Source: Vicugna vicugna
Taxonomy: Eukaryota
NCBI GenBank assembly: GCA_013265495.1
Contig: MU063886.1
Coordinates: forward strand, 868,001-932,000
Reading direction: 5' to 3'
Length of the DNA: 64,000 nucleotides
The notes under the pieces were generated by a model. That model saw nothing but the letters and a program-made list of their open reading frames with translations, was not told the origin of the DNA and did no database searches. Numbering within the stretch: position 1 is the first letter of the stretch; each line of letters starts with the position of its first letter. Below are positions 33,991 through 46,427 of this stretch, piece by piece. The position numbers were made by a program, and so were the translations under genes.

Positions 33991-34134
33991 TGATGCTTGA
34001 AGTCTTCTTATGCACCCTTGTTAAGAAGGTTTTGACAGTTGATCTCTGCTCCTTGCTTTCCCTGCACCACCATCATGAGGTCAGTCCCCCAACTACCCAT
34101 CACTAGCTCTTATGTGCTGGGACTCTCAGTTTTA

Positions 34135-34700
34135 GCCATTTACTCATTCATTCATTCACTCAACAAACATCTCTTGGATGCTGTACTTGATGATAGATAT
34201 GTAATGGTGAAGGAAACAGATGCCGTCCTGGTGTTCATGAAAATCACCCTCTGGTAGGGGACACAGACATTAACCAGACAAGCACAGAAATACATATAAC
34301 ATTTCAGTCATGAGTAAGGACTACAAGGGAATCAAATGGCACTGTGGGGAACGTATAATCAGCCTTATGGGGGTAGAGGTGCTTCCTTGAAGAAGTGACA
34401 TTCAGGTGAAGATCTGAGGGATGAGGCATAGCTAACCAGACAGACAGTTGTCAACAGAATTCCCTGCAAAGGGAACAACTTTTAGGGTAGAAGAGCACAT
34501 GGCTTGCTCAAGAAACTAAAGTAAGACCTCTAAAAATGGTTTTTAGAGAGCAAGGGGTTCATACTAGAGCAGGAAGGTCGTTGTGGGTCCTCTTAGGAAG
34601 AACTGTCTTTATTCCAAGAGCAATAGGTAATCCCTGCAGGGCTTTAAGCAATACTGGGAGCTGACCAGATGTGCATTTTGAAAAGCTAATTCATCTTTGA
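34135..34700 (-). mobile_element. L2 3' end
   Basis: (ttca)n tail; gaaggaaacagatgccgtcctgg...gcttccttgaagaagtgacattcaggtgaagatctgaggg. Confidence 0.85.
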
Positions 34701-35329
34701 CATTAGAAGCAGATATTGGCTCATGTGGCATCCTTGGATGCTATGGGTGTTGGACTAAAAGTCAATCTGGTTGTGCTTCTATACTAGACAATGTGAAGGA
34801 TTCAAAAGCAGTAGTGGAGAGTGTCCTTCTGCAGAGTATCTTTCGAGTGTAATAAGGGTGAGGGGAGAATTCAAAGATCCTGTGTTACATCAAGAACTGA
34901 AAAATGCTTTTGGGTGGAGAGGAGTCAGGAACATTTGAGCCAAGTTTGGTATGAGTCTTCAGAGGACTTAGGGTCAGTTTTGGAAAGTTAAGAATTTCAC
35001 ATGTGAACCAACAAAAGAGAACAGTACCATAAAAGGGTGCATGTTGGGGGCACATGTGAAGGAGAGGAGAAATTGTCCTTGTAAAGTTAAACTCCGATGC
35101 CTTTTAACTGCCAGAAGCAGTGCTTTTTAAGGTGGGCCAGTCAGCTCCAGGTTGACAGTTGTGTTAGCAGAAAAGCGAGAAGCTGCTCATTAAACAGTTA
35201 ATAAGAAATTTCACATGAAGCCCAACCAATCTGTAAGTGAGACCACAGTATATTAAAAGAGGCCCTTAGGAGTAAAGTCACATCAGCAGCAAACATTTTT
35301 ACCCAACATAAAAAAAAAATGAAAGAAAA

Positions 35330-35730
35330 TGGCAATTATATCCATTGTGTTGTATATGAATTAGAATCCTGATTGCCCAAAACAGCAATGAAATACTGGA
35401 GTGAGGAAAGTTGATTAATACCAAAGGATGATTTTTATAGAAATCCCATCCTTAGAAATCTATCCTGAGGAAAATAATTTTTAAGAATATGTAAGAACAT
35501 TTATCATCACGATGTGGGGAAGAATCAACTTAGCACTACAAGAATATTGATTAAACAAATTATGGTCAACTGTACAAAGGAATACTATGCAGAAATTGTA
35601 AAAGGATGATTGAGATACACAAGTATTGACATGAAAAATGTCCATGGTATAGTCAATGGGGCGACCAAAACAGACCTCAAAATATTACCTCCTTAGTGTA
35701 TGATTGTATTGGTATAAAGAAATATTTATA
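35330..35730 (+). mobile_element. L1ME-type 3' fragment
   Basis: atcccatccttagaaatctatcctgagga...ggaatactatgcaga...gacatgaaaaatgtccatg. Confidence 0.7.
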
Positions 35731-35739
35731 GAAGCCATC

Positions 35740-36290
35740 AGATGAGGACTCCCTTGCCTTCCCATCACTGCATTTACAGACCTGCCTTGGTTTATTGGCC
35801 TACCCTCCATCTTCCATCATGCTTCCAAGGCTCCCATCAAAGATCTGGACTCCTTCTCCTCTTGCTTTCTCAGGGACCTCACTGCTGCTGTTACCATGCT
35901 TTTCTCCTTCGTCGTCAAATTCTTCTTTTCGATCTGGCCATTCCCAACAGTGTAAAAATAATCTCTCCATCCCCCAGCCCCCTTCAGCAGCTGCTACATC
36001 ATTTCTGCTCATCTATTCAGAGCAGAACTCAAAAATGTCACTGTGGTGCTTTTCCACTTCAGCTCACTCCAATCTGGCTTCTGTCCCAGTCACACTCGTC
36101 AAGGTTGCAGACTGCCTCCTGTTGCCGCGTTCTTGGGCGCATCTCTAACCACATCAAATTGACTCATGGCAGATGATACCGACGACCTCGCCTCCTCTCA
36201 AAGCCCTTTCATCTCTGCCTTTTCTTTCTTCAGGGGCCTCTACTTCTCTGATTAGTGTTTAAGGTTGCCTCAGCATTTGGTTGAGATGCT
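35740..36290 (+). mobile_element. L2 ORF2-region fragment
   Basis: gactccttctcctcttgctttctcagggacctc...tccaatctggcttctgtccc...ccacatcaaattgactcatggcag; explains ORFs 35742-36176 and 35795-36148. Confidence 0.75.
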
Positions 36291-37058
36291 CTTCTCTTCC
36301 CTGGATTGATTGTTCTCAGCTCTGCTGCCTGTCAGCATCATCTGGGGAGGTTCTAGAGGCAGTGATGCCAGGGCCCCAGACAGTGGGAATTTGATTCCTA
36401 GGTGACCCTTCTGTGCACTTAGTTCCATGGTTTTTACATGTTATCATCAAGGGACAAAATTACAACTAAATGTATGTCTTCAGCTCCTGGGCAGAACTTA
36501 CTGCAAGAACTAATCCAGCCCAGTCTGAAGGGAACTCCCTGTCCCTTGATGGCCCTGCTCTAGCCCTGGGATGGGGGTGGGATGGTCAGTGCTGATTTAT
36601 CAAGAAAACTGCACTGGGGTCCGCAGACATCCTGTGAATATGTACATCTCACGCTCAGCATTCAGACAAGCAGAAATTCTTGTTCCAGAACATTGCACAG
36701 ATTTCACCAGTCTTACCATCACTCTGTCAACAGTGACATACAGTTCGGCTTGGACAAAAGTTGCATAAAGACAATTATGCTTTCATCCCAAATCCTTATT
36801 GGCTGGAGAAGCAGCTTTTATGCTACTGAAAGCTTACACAGGCTTGTGTATTCTGTCCAAGTGTTCACCTGCACACCCCTCCAGCCCCCTACACCATCAT
36901 CAGTGACACCAGGTAACTTCTTTGGGTGCTTTGCAGTTTCATGCTGCTAAGATCTGCACCAGTCTGTCCTCTAGTTGTTCCTTCCCATCTACCAGACTCT
37001 CAGGGAAGCTTGTTAGCTGTTTTTGTGAGTTTATTCCCTTTTCATTCCTATACTCTTG

Positions 37059-37595
37059 TGTGATGGTTAATTTTATATGTCTACTTGATTAGACGTTATT
37101 CTGGGTGTTTCTGTGAGATGAGATTAACATTTAGGTGGGAAGACTGAGTAAATGCCCTCCCCAGTGTGGGTGGGCCTCGTCTAATCAGCAGAAGGCCTGA
37201 GTAGAGCAAAAAGGCTGACCTTCCACCAACTAAGAGAACTACTCCTGCGTGATGGCCTTCAAAGTAGGAGTCAACTTTCTCCTGCCTCTAGACTTGAACT
37301 GAAACATCGGCTCTTCCCACTGGCTTTCAGGCCATCACTTCTCCTGGTTCTCAAACTTTCAGACTGGAACTGGACCTACACCACTGGCTCTCCCAGGCCT
37401 GCAGCGTGCCGACTGCAGGGCCTGCAGCTTGCTAGCCTCTGTAATTGTCTGAGCTGATTCCTTATAATTTCTTATAATTCCTTGATAATATTTCTCTCTC
37501 TCTCTCATGATGCAGCATGTGTGAAATGTAAGACATGTGTGTCTGTATTTATATTCCTACCGGTTCTTTTTCTCTGGAGAACCCTGACTAATACA
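37059..37595 (+). mobile_element. MLT2-type (ERVL) solo LTR, full length
   Basis: tgtgatggttaattttatatgtc...gactgagtaaatgccctccccagtgtgggtgggcctc...ctctggagaaccctgactaataca; TSD tcttg / ccttg. Confidence 0.92.
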
Positions 37596-38394
37596 CCTTG
37601 TCTCTGGTAGCCCCTGGTTTAGCATCGGACAACATGTGATTCTTGCAGGCATCCACGCCACCTACTTTCTTACCTGATTTGGTGGCTGGATCCATGTACC
37701 TCTCTGCTTGTCATGCAGTTTCATTACAAGCCTCCCTCCAGTTCTCTTCTCCCACCTGGATGACTGGCCTGGAAATCTTGTGATTTCTTCTCACTCCTCT
37801 GCCCCACAGAGACTTCCTTGAAACCTTAAGAAACTCTTCTTAACAAATTCATTCCTGATTTATGATGCCCACACCCACACTCCTCTTCCTCCTGCCCTGG
37901 CATGCCTGTTCCCATAGTCTGTCCTCAGCAGGCTTCAGGATTTGGTTCAGAACAACAGATACTACTGGGTGCATGCCAGCGTTTCAGTCCCTGACATCTG
38001 CAGGGATGTCTTGATGCCACTGATTCCTAAATGCTTGGATTGCAGGGTGTCTGAAGTGTTGTTGAACTTCCTTGTGTGAATTATAGGAAAGAAAAATGTG
38101 GCAAACAAAGAGCAAAGACATGACAGCCACCTTCTCCTTGTCCAAGTGAGAGGCGTGGTGTGGGGCAGTGGGAAGAATGTTGACTTCCCGGTCAGGCAGA
38201 TGTAGTCTGGATCCTCTGCCCAGCTGTCCTTACCTGGCTCAGCTTTGGTTTTCTCATTTATCAGATACACACATTAGAATCAATCTGCTGGTGTCATGAG
38301 TATGAAGTGACAACATGTAGAAGGCACGTGGAGGAGCGTCAGGGACGGGCCTTGTTATGCAGATGTATCTGACCCTGTTGCTAACTCTCTGCTT

Positions 38395-38640
38395 ACAGAT
38401 GTGGTGCTGTTGGCCATGAGTTCCATCCTGATGAATCAAAAGTATTTATGAAATGAGTTTTTCAACAGAAACATGCATAAAATAAGGTTGTGTATTGATC
38501 TGTTGATAAAAATGTTGTGACCAGAGGCTTGCAGAACACTAATCCTGCATTTCTCTTAGGAGCAATAGTTCAGTACTTGCTAATCCAGTGTTCTCGGTGA
38601 CCTCGTAGAACATAATATTCACAGATAACGAGAACCAACT
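38395..38640 (-). mobile_element. MER82-like TcMar-Tigger fragment
   Basis: gtattgatctgttgataaaaatgttgtgaccagaggcttgcag...ttcagtacttgctaatccagtg...gataacgagaaccaactg|ta. Confidence 0.75.
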
Positions 38641-40224
38641 GTATTGTAATCTTAAGCGACGGATGTCTCCCGCTTAGATCAAAGACGAAGCTTGTGGCTG
38701 CCTTGCTTGTGTTTTGATTGCTTTTTGCTTTGGGGTGATTGCTGCTACTTGCTGTTTGACACTGTAACATCTCTTTTTTTTTTTTTTAACTAGGGTTTGT
38801 ATGATGGTCTACTCTGTTAGGCAAAGTTACCCTGATTTTGTGCTTTTAGGAGGTAGAAGGTGATAGGAAGTTGAGGTCCAGAGAAAAGAGATGGAGAGGA
38901 TGAGGACAGAGAAGGGGCAGCTGAGAAAGGGTCAGTGGGTCATGAGTCCCGCGGAGTGCAAAGCCCACTGGGTACATCCCAGTGGGGGAAGTCTGCCCCT
39001 GAGTCTGCTGTCCACTCCCCCTGTGGGGCTGAATAGGTGTCTTCCCTGAGAGTCTGTTTCCTCTTTCCCAAATGTGGACCATACAGTGTAGCTATGAGAT
39101 TAGACGTTGAAAGAATCTGTGCATCTGATTATTAGTGACCCCCTCATTGACTCAGGAAGGAAGCATGTTTGGGAAAGCTCCCATGCCTGCGTTTCTAACT
39201 TCCCTCAGAACCGGTTTATGATCCGTGCCCAGGAAGGTCCTCTCAAGTTGCACTTGTGTGTTAGCCGAAGTCCGATGACCCTGCTGGATAACTGCCTTTC
39301 ACCAGGCGGGGCAACAGACGGCTCTTAGCTACTTTTCCGAAGTAAAATCCACTCTGAGCGAATGAGGATTTGCCACCAATAACAATATAGTAGGGGGCAT
39401 GCTGTGGCTTTGGGGCTGTGAAGGGATTCTAGAGGCATCCGTACCGAGACAGCATCACTCACTGATTACGTACAGCCCTGCGTTGCTCCTGCTTGAAAGG
39501 AGGTAGAACACATCAAGGCACCAGCGTTCCGGCGTGTTTAGTCTCTGAAAACAAGCCTGATTGCCTGAGTGTTTTCCCTGGTCAGTCTCAGCTGGGGAGC
39601 CTTCCCATGACGCTGAGGAGACTGGGGAGGGGAAGGGAAGCAGGTGTCTCCTGTGGGTCTTGGGGCCCCACTGCCATCTGCCCACCATGCTTGAGGGCAG
39701 GGCTGGTGAATCAGACGTCCTGGAGGTTTCGGTGTCGGGGACCTGACGGGGAGCTGGTGACTTGATTGAGCCCAGGCAGGGAGGCTCGTTACCCTGTGCC
39801 CATCTCCCTTTGCTCCATCAGCGCCTCCCGGCGCCAGCCCTCTGCCTGCACAGGTTCCTGTCTCCCACTAGTTTCTCCTTCAAAGCAAACTGGCTTCCAC
39901 GTCTGCCTGCCCTTCTCTCCTTCCCTCCTTCTCCCTTCCTTTTCTTCTCTCTCATCTGAGAGGCAGTCACCCTTAGAGTCCCATTCTCCACCTTCCATAA
40001 CACCAACACAAATACTCAAGAGCGTTTTATGTACTAAGGACACATGCCAGCTGAGATCTTGTCTGGAACAGCCAGGAACAACAGATACAATGGGGAGCTC
40101 TTCATCACGGTCCCCACGGGGTACCTTGTGATGCTTTAATGGTCAAGACCAAACTTAATTCAAATCCAGCAGGCATTATTAGAAGTCATGTTGGCTAGCA
40201 TGCCTTTATTGCTCTCATTTTTAA

Positions 40225-40356
40225 NNNNNNNNNNNNNNNNNNNNNNNNNNNNNNNNNNNNNNNNNNNNNNNNNNNNNNNNNNNNNNNNNNNNNNNNNNNN
40301 NNNNNNNNNNNNNNNNNNNNNNNNNNNNNNNNNNNNNNNNNNNNNNNNNNNNNNNN
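40225..40356. other. N gap, 132 nt
   Basis: Run of 132 n. Confidence 0.99.
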
Positions 40357-41089
40357 GAAGAATGAAGCAGCTTCAATTAGCCTCAATAATCCTCCTGCAC
40401 GATGATGAACAGGAAAAAAGAGAAACTGGTATTTCACATCTTCATCATTTAAGGACTTTGATGATACGAAATAGATTGGCTCTGTTTATTTCCCTGTTGC
40501 TGTCCACATCTTCTTGAAAGCTTGTAGTATGAGAAAATGATTTTAATGAAATGGAGGTGAAAAGGATTCCTTGGAATTGAGTCAAGAAGCTTTCAACTAG
40601 ACAGCAGAGAGGATCCAGGAGATCTTTGCAAGCGGGAGGCTGGGGTTGATCCGTGGTTGGATAGGCTTGGGTGTGAGCAAACCTCCAAGGTGCATCGGGA
40701 GGAATCCTTAGCCTAAAAGAGCTAATGATGGGCTGTTTCAGTGTTGAAAATCTTACTTGTGATCTGCTTGGGGTCAAACAGCTTTCAGTTTGGTATAGAA
40801 ATAGTGTAGGTTTTTTTTTTAAGCCCTGCTTAAAAAAGTAGCATAGAATTTGTAGCTCAGTGGTCTGGGGTGATCGAGGAAGTTATATAAGGCAAGGATC
40901 TGGGTTTTAGGGTATGTGCACATCACAGGTGTATGACCTGAGTTATGCCCTTTCTCAGCCCCGTTTAGTTGTCTGTGAAATGGGAAAGTGCAGCTAGGTC
41001 TCAGTGGTGCCCCCTCCCCATTTCCATGTTAGTTCATTAGTATTTATAATGAGTGAATCCTGGCTGTAAATTATATAAAGATCCATTGC

Positions 41090-41300
41090 TTTTTATCTTT
41101 GACAAAAGGCTGCCGTATTACACTGTTATTTGATCCTCACAAGAACTGTTTGAGGGATGTCTCACAGGTACTGTCCCCATTTTACAGACAAAGAACACTG
41201 ACTTGGATCAAGGACAACATCTAAGTGGACATGGCTAGTTGTGGTGGAGCTAAGACTTGAATACACACTTCCTGACGTACAGTCTTTGCCTTCGACTGAA
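41090..41300 (-). mobile_element. MIR SINE
   Basis: tttgatcctcacaagaactg...ccccattttacagacaaagaacactgac. Confidence 0.75.
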
Positions 41301-42089
41301 TTCTGATTCAACACACATAGACCCCACTACATGCCAAGCTTTAGAGATACAAAGAAGTGTCAAAACTTTAAATGCAGGCTGTTGGGAAATAACAGATACT
41401 TCATATAAGAGATCGAACCACATGACATTCTCATTTTTGTAGGTCAAGACATTGAATATTGATGATTTCATTTGATTCAATCTAACAATATGTAGGTACT
41501 ACAATGAAGGCATATTGATAAGTACTTTGTTCTTTTTTCTTCTGTCTCTGACATTTCTCCTGCTTTCACCCATTTTTTTCTCTATTTCCTGAAGCGGTTG
41601 GCTTTGTCAGAGGTGATTAAATATCACAATCACTTTAATTCACGAGAGCACACTTGTGCACATTGGATAGCATCCTCAGCAACTGGCATAGGCTTCTCTC
41701 TTGCCTAAATCAACACAAGTTCTTGTCTAATCTAGCTTTCCTCTACTGAGCCTGGCAATACACAGAACCAATGGCTAATGAATAATGAATTTCATACAGG
41801 CTCCAAAATGATGTGTAACTAGCTGGATCACCCCAGGCCTAGGACACTTAGTGTTCTGAGGCATTAATAAGGGCTGCAGAAATTGTGATGGATAAAGACA
41901 GGAAAGACCACAGATTTGTCAACCTTGAAATCATCGGTGACCTCAAGAGCTGTTACAGGGTGGGAATGAGACTGATCTCTAACTGCGAAGGAGAATGAGA
42001 ATGAATGAAAAGAGAGGCTGCATATCAGACGTTGCCTCAGAAATCTGACAGTGGCAAGAGGGGTCCTAGCAACGAGTTGTCCTGCAGTA

Positions 42090-42655
42090 GGTGGAGGGAT
42101 AAAAACTGGTACATCTTGACAATGGAATGTTATCAGCTCTAAAAAGAAGTGAGCTATCAAGCCATGAAAAGATACGGAGGAAACGTAAATGCAGTGAAAG
42201 TGAAAGAAGCCAGTCTGAAAAAGCTGCATAGTGTATGATTTCAAACGCAGGACACTCTGGAAAGGGTGAAACTGTGGAGACGGTAAAAAGATCAGTAGTT
42301 GCCAAGAGTCGGAGGAAAGAGAGGGATGAACAGGTGGAGCACACGGGATTTTTTAGGACAGTGAAACTACTCTGTAGGACACTCTAATGGTAGATATGTC
42401 TCTTATCCACTTAACCAAGCCCATAGAACGCACACCACCAAGAGTGAACCCTAATGGGAGCTGTGCACTCAGGATGATTATGACGTGTCAGTGCAGATTC
42501 CTCAGTTGTAGCAAATGCATCACTCTGGGGGGATGTTGATAATGGGGGCGGCTGTACATATGTAGGGACAGGAGACACACAGGAAATCTCTGTACCTTCT
42601 GCTCAATTTTTCTGTGATCCTAAAACTGCTCTAAAAATACAGTCTTTATTTTAGA
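42090..42655 (+). mobile_element. L1MB-type 3' end
   Basis: aagccagtctgaaaaagctgcatagtgtatgatt...caccaagagtgaaccctaat...ctaaaactgctctaaaaatacagtc. Confidence 0.9.
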
Positions 42656-42719
42656 GAGAGACAGAAGTCATAAGCTTGAGAAGTTAGTAGGGTTCCATTT
42701 TTCCCCATTTTCACTTTAA

Positions 42720-43200
42720 AGGATGAGAAAGATTATAGCATCCTTGAAGGCAGAAGGAAAGAACCAACTAGAAGCAGAGGGGTTAAAGATGTTGATGATG
42801 AGAGAGAGAGAGACCCCCTTGTCCAAGGGTCAGGAGCCTTCTTCCCTGAAAGAGGTAGAATTGACACTGATTCAGAGGTATTTAAAGAAGTGTGGGGACT
42901 GGTGACAGATGAAGAGAGGAGTTTTTCTTAGGGAAGATGGACCTGGATTCAGAGAAAATGATACAGTCACTAGCTTATAGAGGGAGGGTGAGCGTTGGGG
43001 GTTTGAGAGAAAATGGAGTGAGTTCCAAACACCCACTGCAAAAAGTGCAGCAGATAGTCAGGGGGATGGGACAGTTGTGTAGACAAATGAGGTGTGAGTA
43101 TATATTCCTTGGAGATTATTTTAAAATAGAAGAGAGAGCCTTTGGAAACATTTTTTGTGCAATGCAGAAATGATTCGATCTTTCATTGAGGCAAGAGATG
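42720..43200 (-). mobile_element. L2 fragment
   Basis: gaaggcagaaggaaagaaccaactagaagcagaggggttaaagatgttg... Confidence 0.6.
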
Positions 43201-43209
43201 GGGGAGGGA

Positions 43210-43900
43210 GGTTATTAAGAGAAGCAACAGTAGCTCCTGTAGCAAACAGCCCCCAAATCTCAGTGGCTTATCAAAATAAAGGTTTGTTTCTTGCTCACCT
43301 GAAGATATTCCTGTTTGTCTTAAGCAGCTCACCTGGGGATTCTCTTTCCATTGTGTCGTTCCGCTGTTCCCCGGGGCCTCAGTCCCCCAGTGAAGCACCT
43401 GCACCCTGGGCGTGGGAGTCAGTGGGCTGAGCGAGAACACGTGGGGTGGGTGGCAGCCTGAGGCTCACAGGCCAGAGCCAGCCCACCACCAGTGTCTGTA
43501 TGGCCTGCAGGCTAAGGATGGTGTTCACGTTTTTTTCAATGTTTGAAAAAAAAATTAATAGAAAAATGATAGTTCATGACGTGAAAATTATACGGAATTC
43601 AAATTTCAGTGTCCATAAGTAAAGTTTTATTGGCACACAGCGGCGCTCATTTGTTTCCGTATTTTCTGTGGCTGCTTTTTTGTTGAAATGGCAGAGTTGG
43701 GCAATTGTCATAGTGCCTCTGTAGCCTGAAAAAGTGACTGCCCTTTACAAAAAAATTACCAACTTCTGGCCTAGAGTACTGAGCACCCCATATTTAACCG
43801 CCTCATCCCAGAAGGTCACCCCTCCTCCCACCTACGTTCTGTTGTCAAATACAAGCCATTTGGACCAGATGCAAACAGGCTGGGAGATGGAGCCTTGGCT
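43210..43900 (-). mobile_element. MLT1 (J/K-type) LTR split by MER58B
   Basis: gtagcaaacagcccccaaatctcagtggcttatcaaaataaaggtttgtttcttgctcac; resumes after 43776. Confidence 0.7.
43443..43768 (+). mobile_element. MER58B MITE
   Basis: gacgtgaaaattatacggaattcaaatttcagtgtccataagtaaagttttattggcacacagc...ccctttacaaaaaaattaccaacttctg. Confidence 0.9.
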
Positions 43901-44083
43901 GGGGAGCTACTTCTCTGCATCAACTCAGTGCTTTCACTACCAGTCTCTGTAGCTCAGGTCACTGTGTCTGCAGCAGGAGGATTGCCTTGCACACATCTCA
44001 GGAAATAGATACCAGTGCCCTTCAAATAGTTCTACTCTTCAAAATTCATTTTGAGCTATGCCACCAGAGGAGAGCTGTCTCTC

Positions 44084-44102
44084 TGTGTGTGTGTGTGTGT
44101 GT
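44084..44102. repeat. (TG)n microsatellite
   Basis: About nine TG units. Confidence 0.9.
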
Positions 44103-45685
44103 CTAGGGGGCTGTGGAAATTCTTTCTTCTTTCGATGTAGCGCCCATTCTAGCTGGTTCAGCCTGGCTTTCCTCACGCTATCACTCCTACCATTTCATGC
44201 CTCTTCCTGTTGTGCTGAGTGACTCAGCCATGTCCAAGCTCCCAGTCCTAAATTACATACCCACACTCAGCAGCTCCAAAGGTCAACTCTTACAGATAGA
44301 ATCCACTGGTGTTAGAAGGACATGGTCATCAGACCTCATCAGAATGTCTTCCAAGCACGTGGAGCAACTCTTCACATGAGAAGGAAGAGTTGGGTGAAAA
44401 GCATTTCCTCTGTCCTCTTAGCAGTTAAAGAAACTGAGGTAAAATATCAGCCTACTCAATTCAACCATGTATGCACAGAGCATTTTGGGGACTCTTCGGC
44501 TCAAGGATCTCTGGCTCATCTGAGATTTACTATCCTTCCATCGCCTACCGTCTAAACCTACCTAAGGAAATACAGAATCTAAAAGAAAATGAGTCTGTAG
44601 AGCAGACTCAGCCCACAGACTCTTTCCTTAGGCTGTCTTGCCTTAGATTGTCGTCCCCAAAGCCACTGCTATACAGAAACCCTGGAGTTTCCACTATGAC
44701 ACAAAATCAGTTTAAACAGTCCCCACTCTCAAAGGAATCACAGCCCAGTGGAAAGACAGGCTTTCATACACTGTGGACAATAGAAGGTAGTCCAAAACCA
44801 GCACTCAAGCTGAGAGCCAGACAAAGTACTCTGAGCAAACAGAGGTGGAGTGATTAATCGTGGCAGATGTTAACCAAGAGTAATGATTTTAAGTGTCAGG
44901 AATAGAAAGCCTTTCTCCATCACGCTTGCAATGCTAATCCCAGTTCATTCATCATCAAAGCTCACCTCGCCTGGCCATTTATCTTGAGTGCAAACCCAGC
45001 TTTATTCAGGAAAATCAGTCATCTCCACTTATCCTGTGACTGCAGACGCTCAGAAAGGAGAACTACCACCAGCCATATTTCATGCTCATCCACTCACGTG
45101 GTAGGCCAGCATTTTGCCAGGTGATGTCTTAAATTGAGATGGTTTTTAATTCAGTCTAAAACTGAGGCTTGGTGATAAAGCAGCCCTGTATCCCTGACGT
45201 TCCGGGACACATGTGCCTCCTCTTCTCTGGGCTGGTGTTTCAGTGAAATTGACGTTGGGCGCCTTCTCTCAGGAGCGCACCAAGTGAGTAAATACGAAGG
45301 TGGGAAGATGATTGACATGGATTCCCTTTTACTGGAGGAAGAAAGGCCAGTGTTCCACTAAGCAGTTACGATGCAAGGCCACAGGTGATGTGGTGGGAGG
45401 AGGACACAGATCAGCGGATCATGAAAGCGTGGAAAACGGAGAAACAGATTGTAGTTGCGAGACTGGGGAAAACTGAATTCCATTCCTTCATAAAAATACG
45501 GAGTCCTGCTCCTTCTTGTCCAGGCCAACCTTTTCAGCTTTTCCTCCTGTTTCCCAGGTGACTCACTCATTCTTCTTGACTAGCTTCTTTTCACGGTGGA
45601 AGATGTGCAGGTGTTCCCCACTGTGGAGAAAACCTCCACCAGCCTTAACAGCCTCCTCTACGTTTTCTTTCTCTTCTCCACCCAG

Positions 45686-45694
45686 CATCTCAAG
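45686..45694 (+). other. Candidate 9-nt microexon (or 137-nt exon from 45558)
   Basis: ccttaac branch-like motif (45643-45649), AG-free pyrimidine tract cctcctctacgttttctttctcttctccacccag|CATCTCAAG|gtgagc. Confidence 0.3.
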
Positions 45695-45914
45695 GTGAGC
45701 CTACCATGAAGCCCCGCGCCGGGGCTGCCATCCCGCTGTCAGCAACGCGTCTCCGCTTCATCTTGGTTTAGCCTGCGTTCCTTTCCCACAGATAGTCCTG
45801 AATTCCTGTGGTTTATGGATAAGGCCACTCAGTGTTAATCTCTGTTTCCTCCCCTTGTACAAATTGTGTTGGCCCTTTGTAATTTGGATGTGATTTCAGC
45901 TAGAAACCCTAATC

Positions 45915-46145
45915 CAAGGGTTAGCAAACTATAGCCATTTGGCAGAAATGACCCTCTGTCTGTCCTTGTATATAAAGTTTTATTGGAACGCAGCCATCCC
46001 CATTCATCACACAGTGTTTACAGCTGCTTTTGTGCAACAACAGGCAGAGGTGATTAGTTACAACACAGACCATATAGTCTTGAAAGCCTAAAATATTTAG
46101 TATCTGGTTTTTCTTTTTAACAGAAAAAAAGCTTGCCAAGCCAGG
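45915..46145 (+). mobile_element. MER58A MITE, full length
   Basis: caagggttagcaaact...aaagttttattggaacgcagcc...aaagcctaaaatattta...gcttgccaagccagg; TSD ccctaatc / agctaatc. Confidence 0.88.
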
Positions 46146-46164
46146 AGCTAATCTTTCTCATAGT

Positions 46165-46427
46165 ATTGTAGGTTCAGTGTGACCTTCAGTTCTTTTTATT
46201 TTTGGTAAATTGATGCCAGACTTTGGGGATCCCTGGTTCAAAAAGTTGGGAGAATCCTGTTTCAAGGAGGGAAATTCTTATTTCCCTTATCCTGTGCTGC
46301 AGACCAGGGTAGCCAGCGTGCCCACTGAACATCCAATTATGGGAAAAGATACCTGAAGCCAAACACCCCTCACTTCCACAAGACTTATTCGCCCCATTCT
46401 TTGGAAACAACCCTAAGTTCTTGTTAC
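46165..46427 (-). mobile_element. Possible old LTR fragment
   Basis: Reverse complement starts tgtaaca and carries aataaa near a ...taca end; family not recognised. Confidence 0.3.

Noticed and set aside
35742-36176. 144-aa and 117-aa ORFs
   Set aside because: Inside an L2 fragment; no intact RT motifs seen.
38228-38234. Strong minus-strand donor CAG|gtaagg
   Set aside because: Lies in a MIR remnant with no convincing acceptor.
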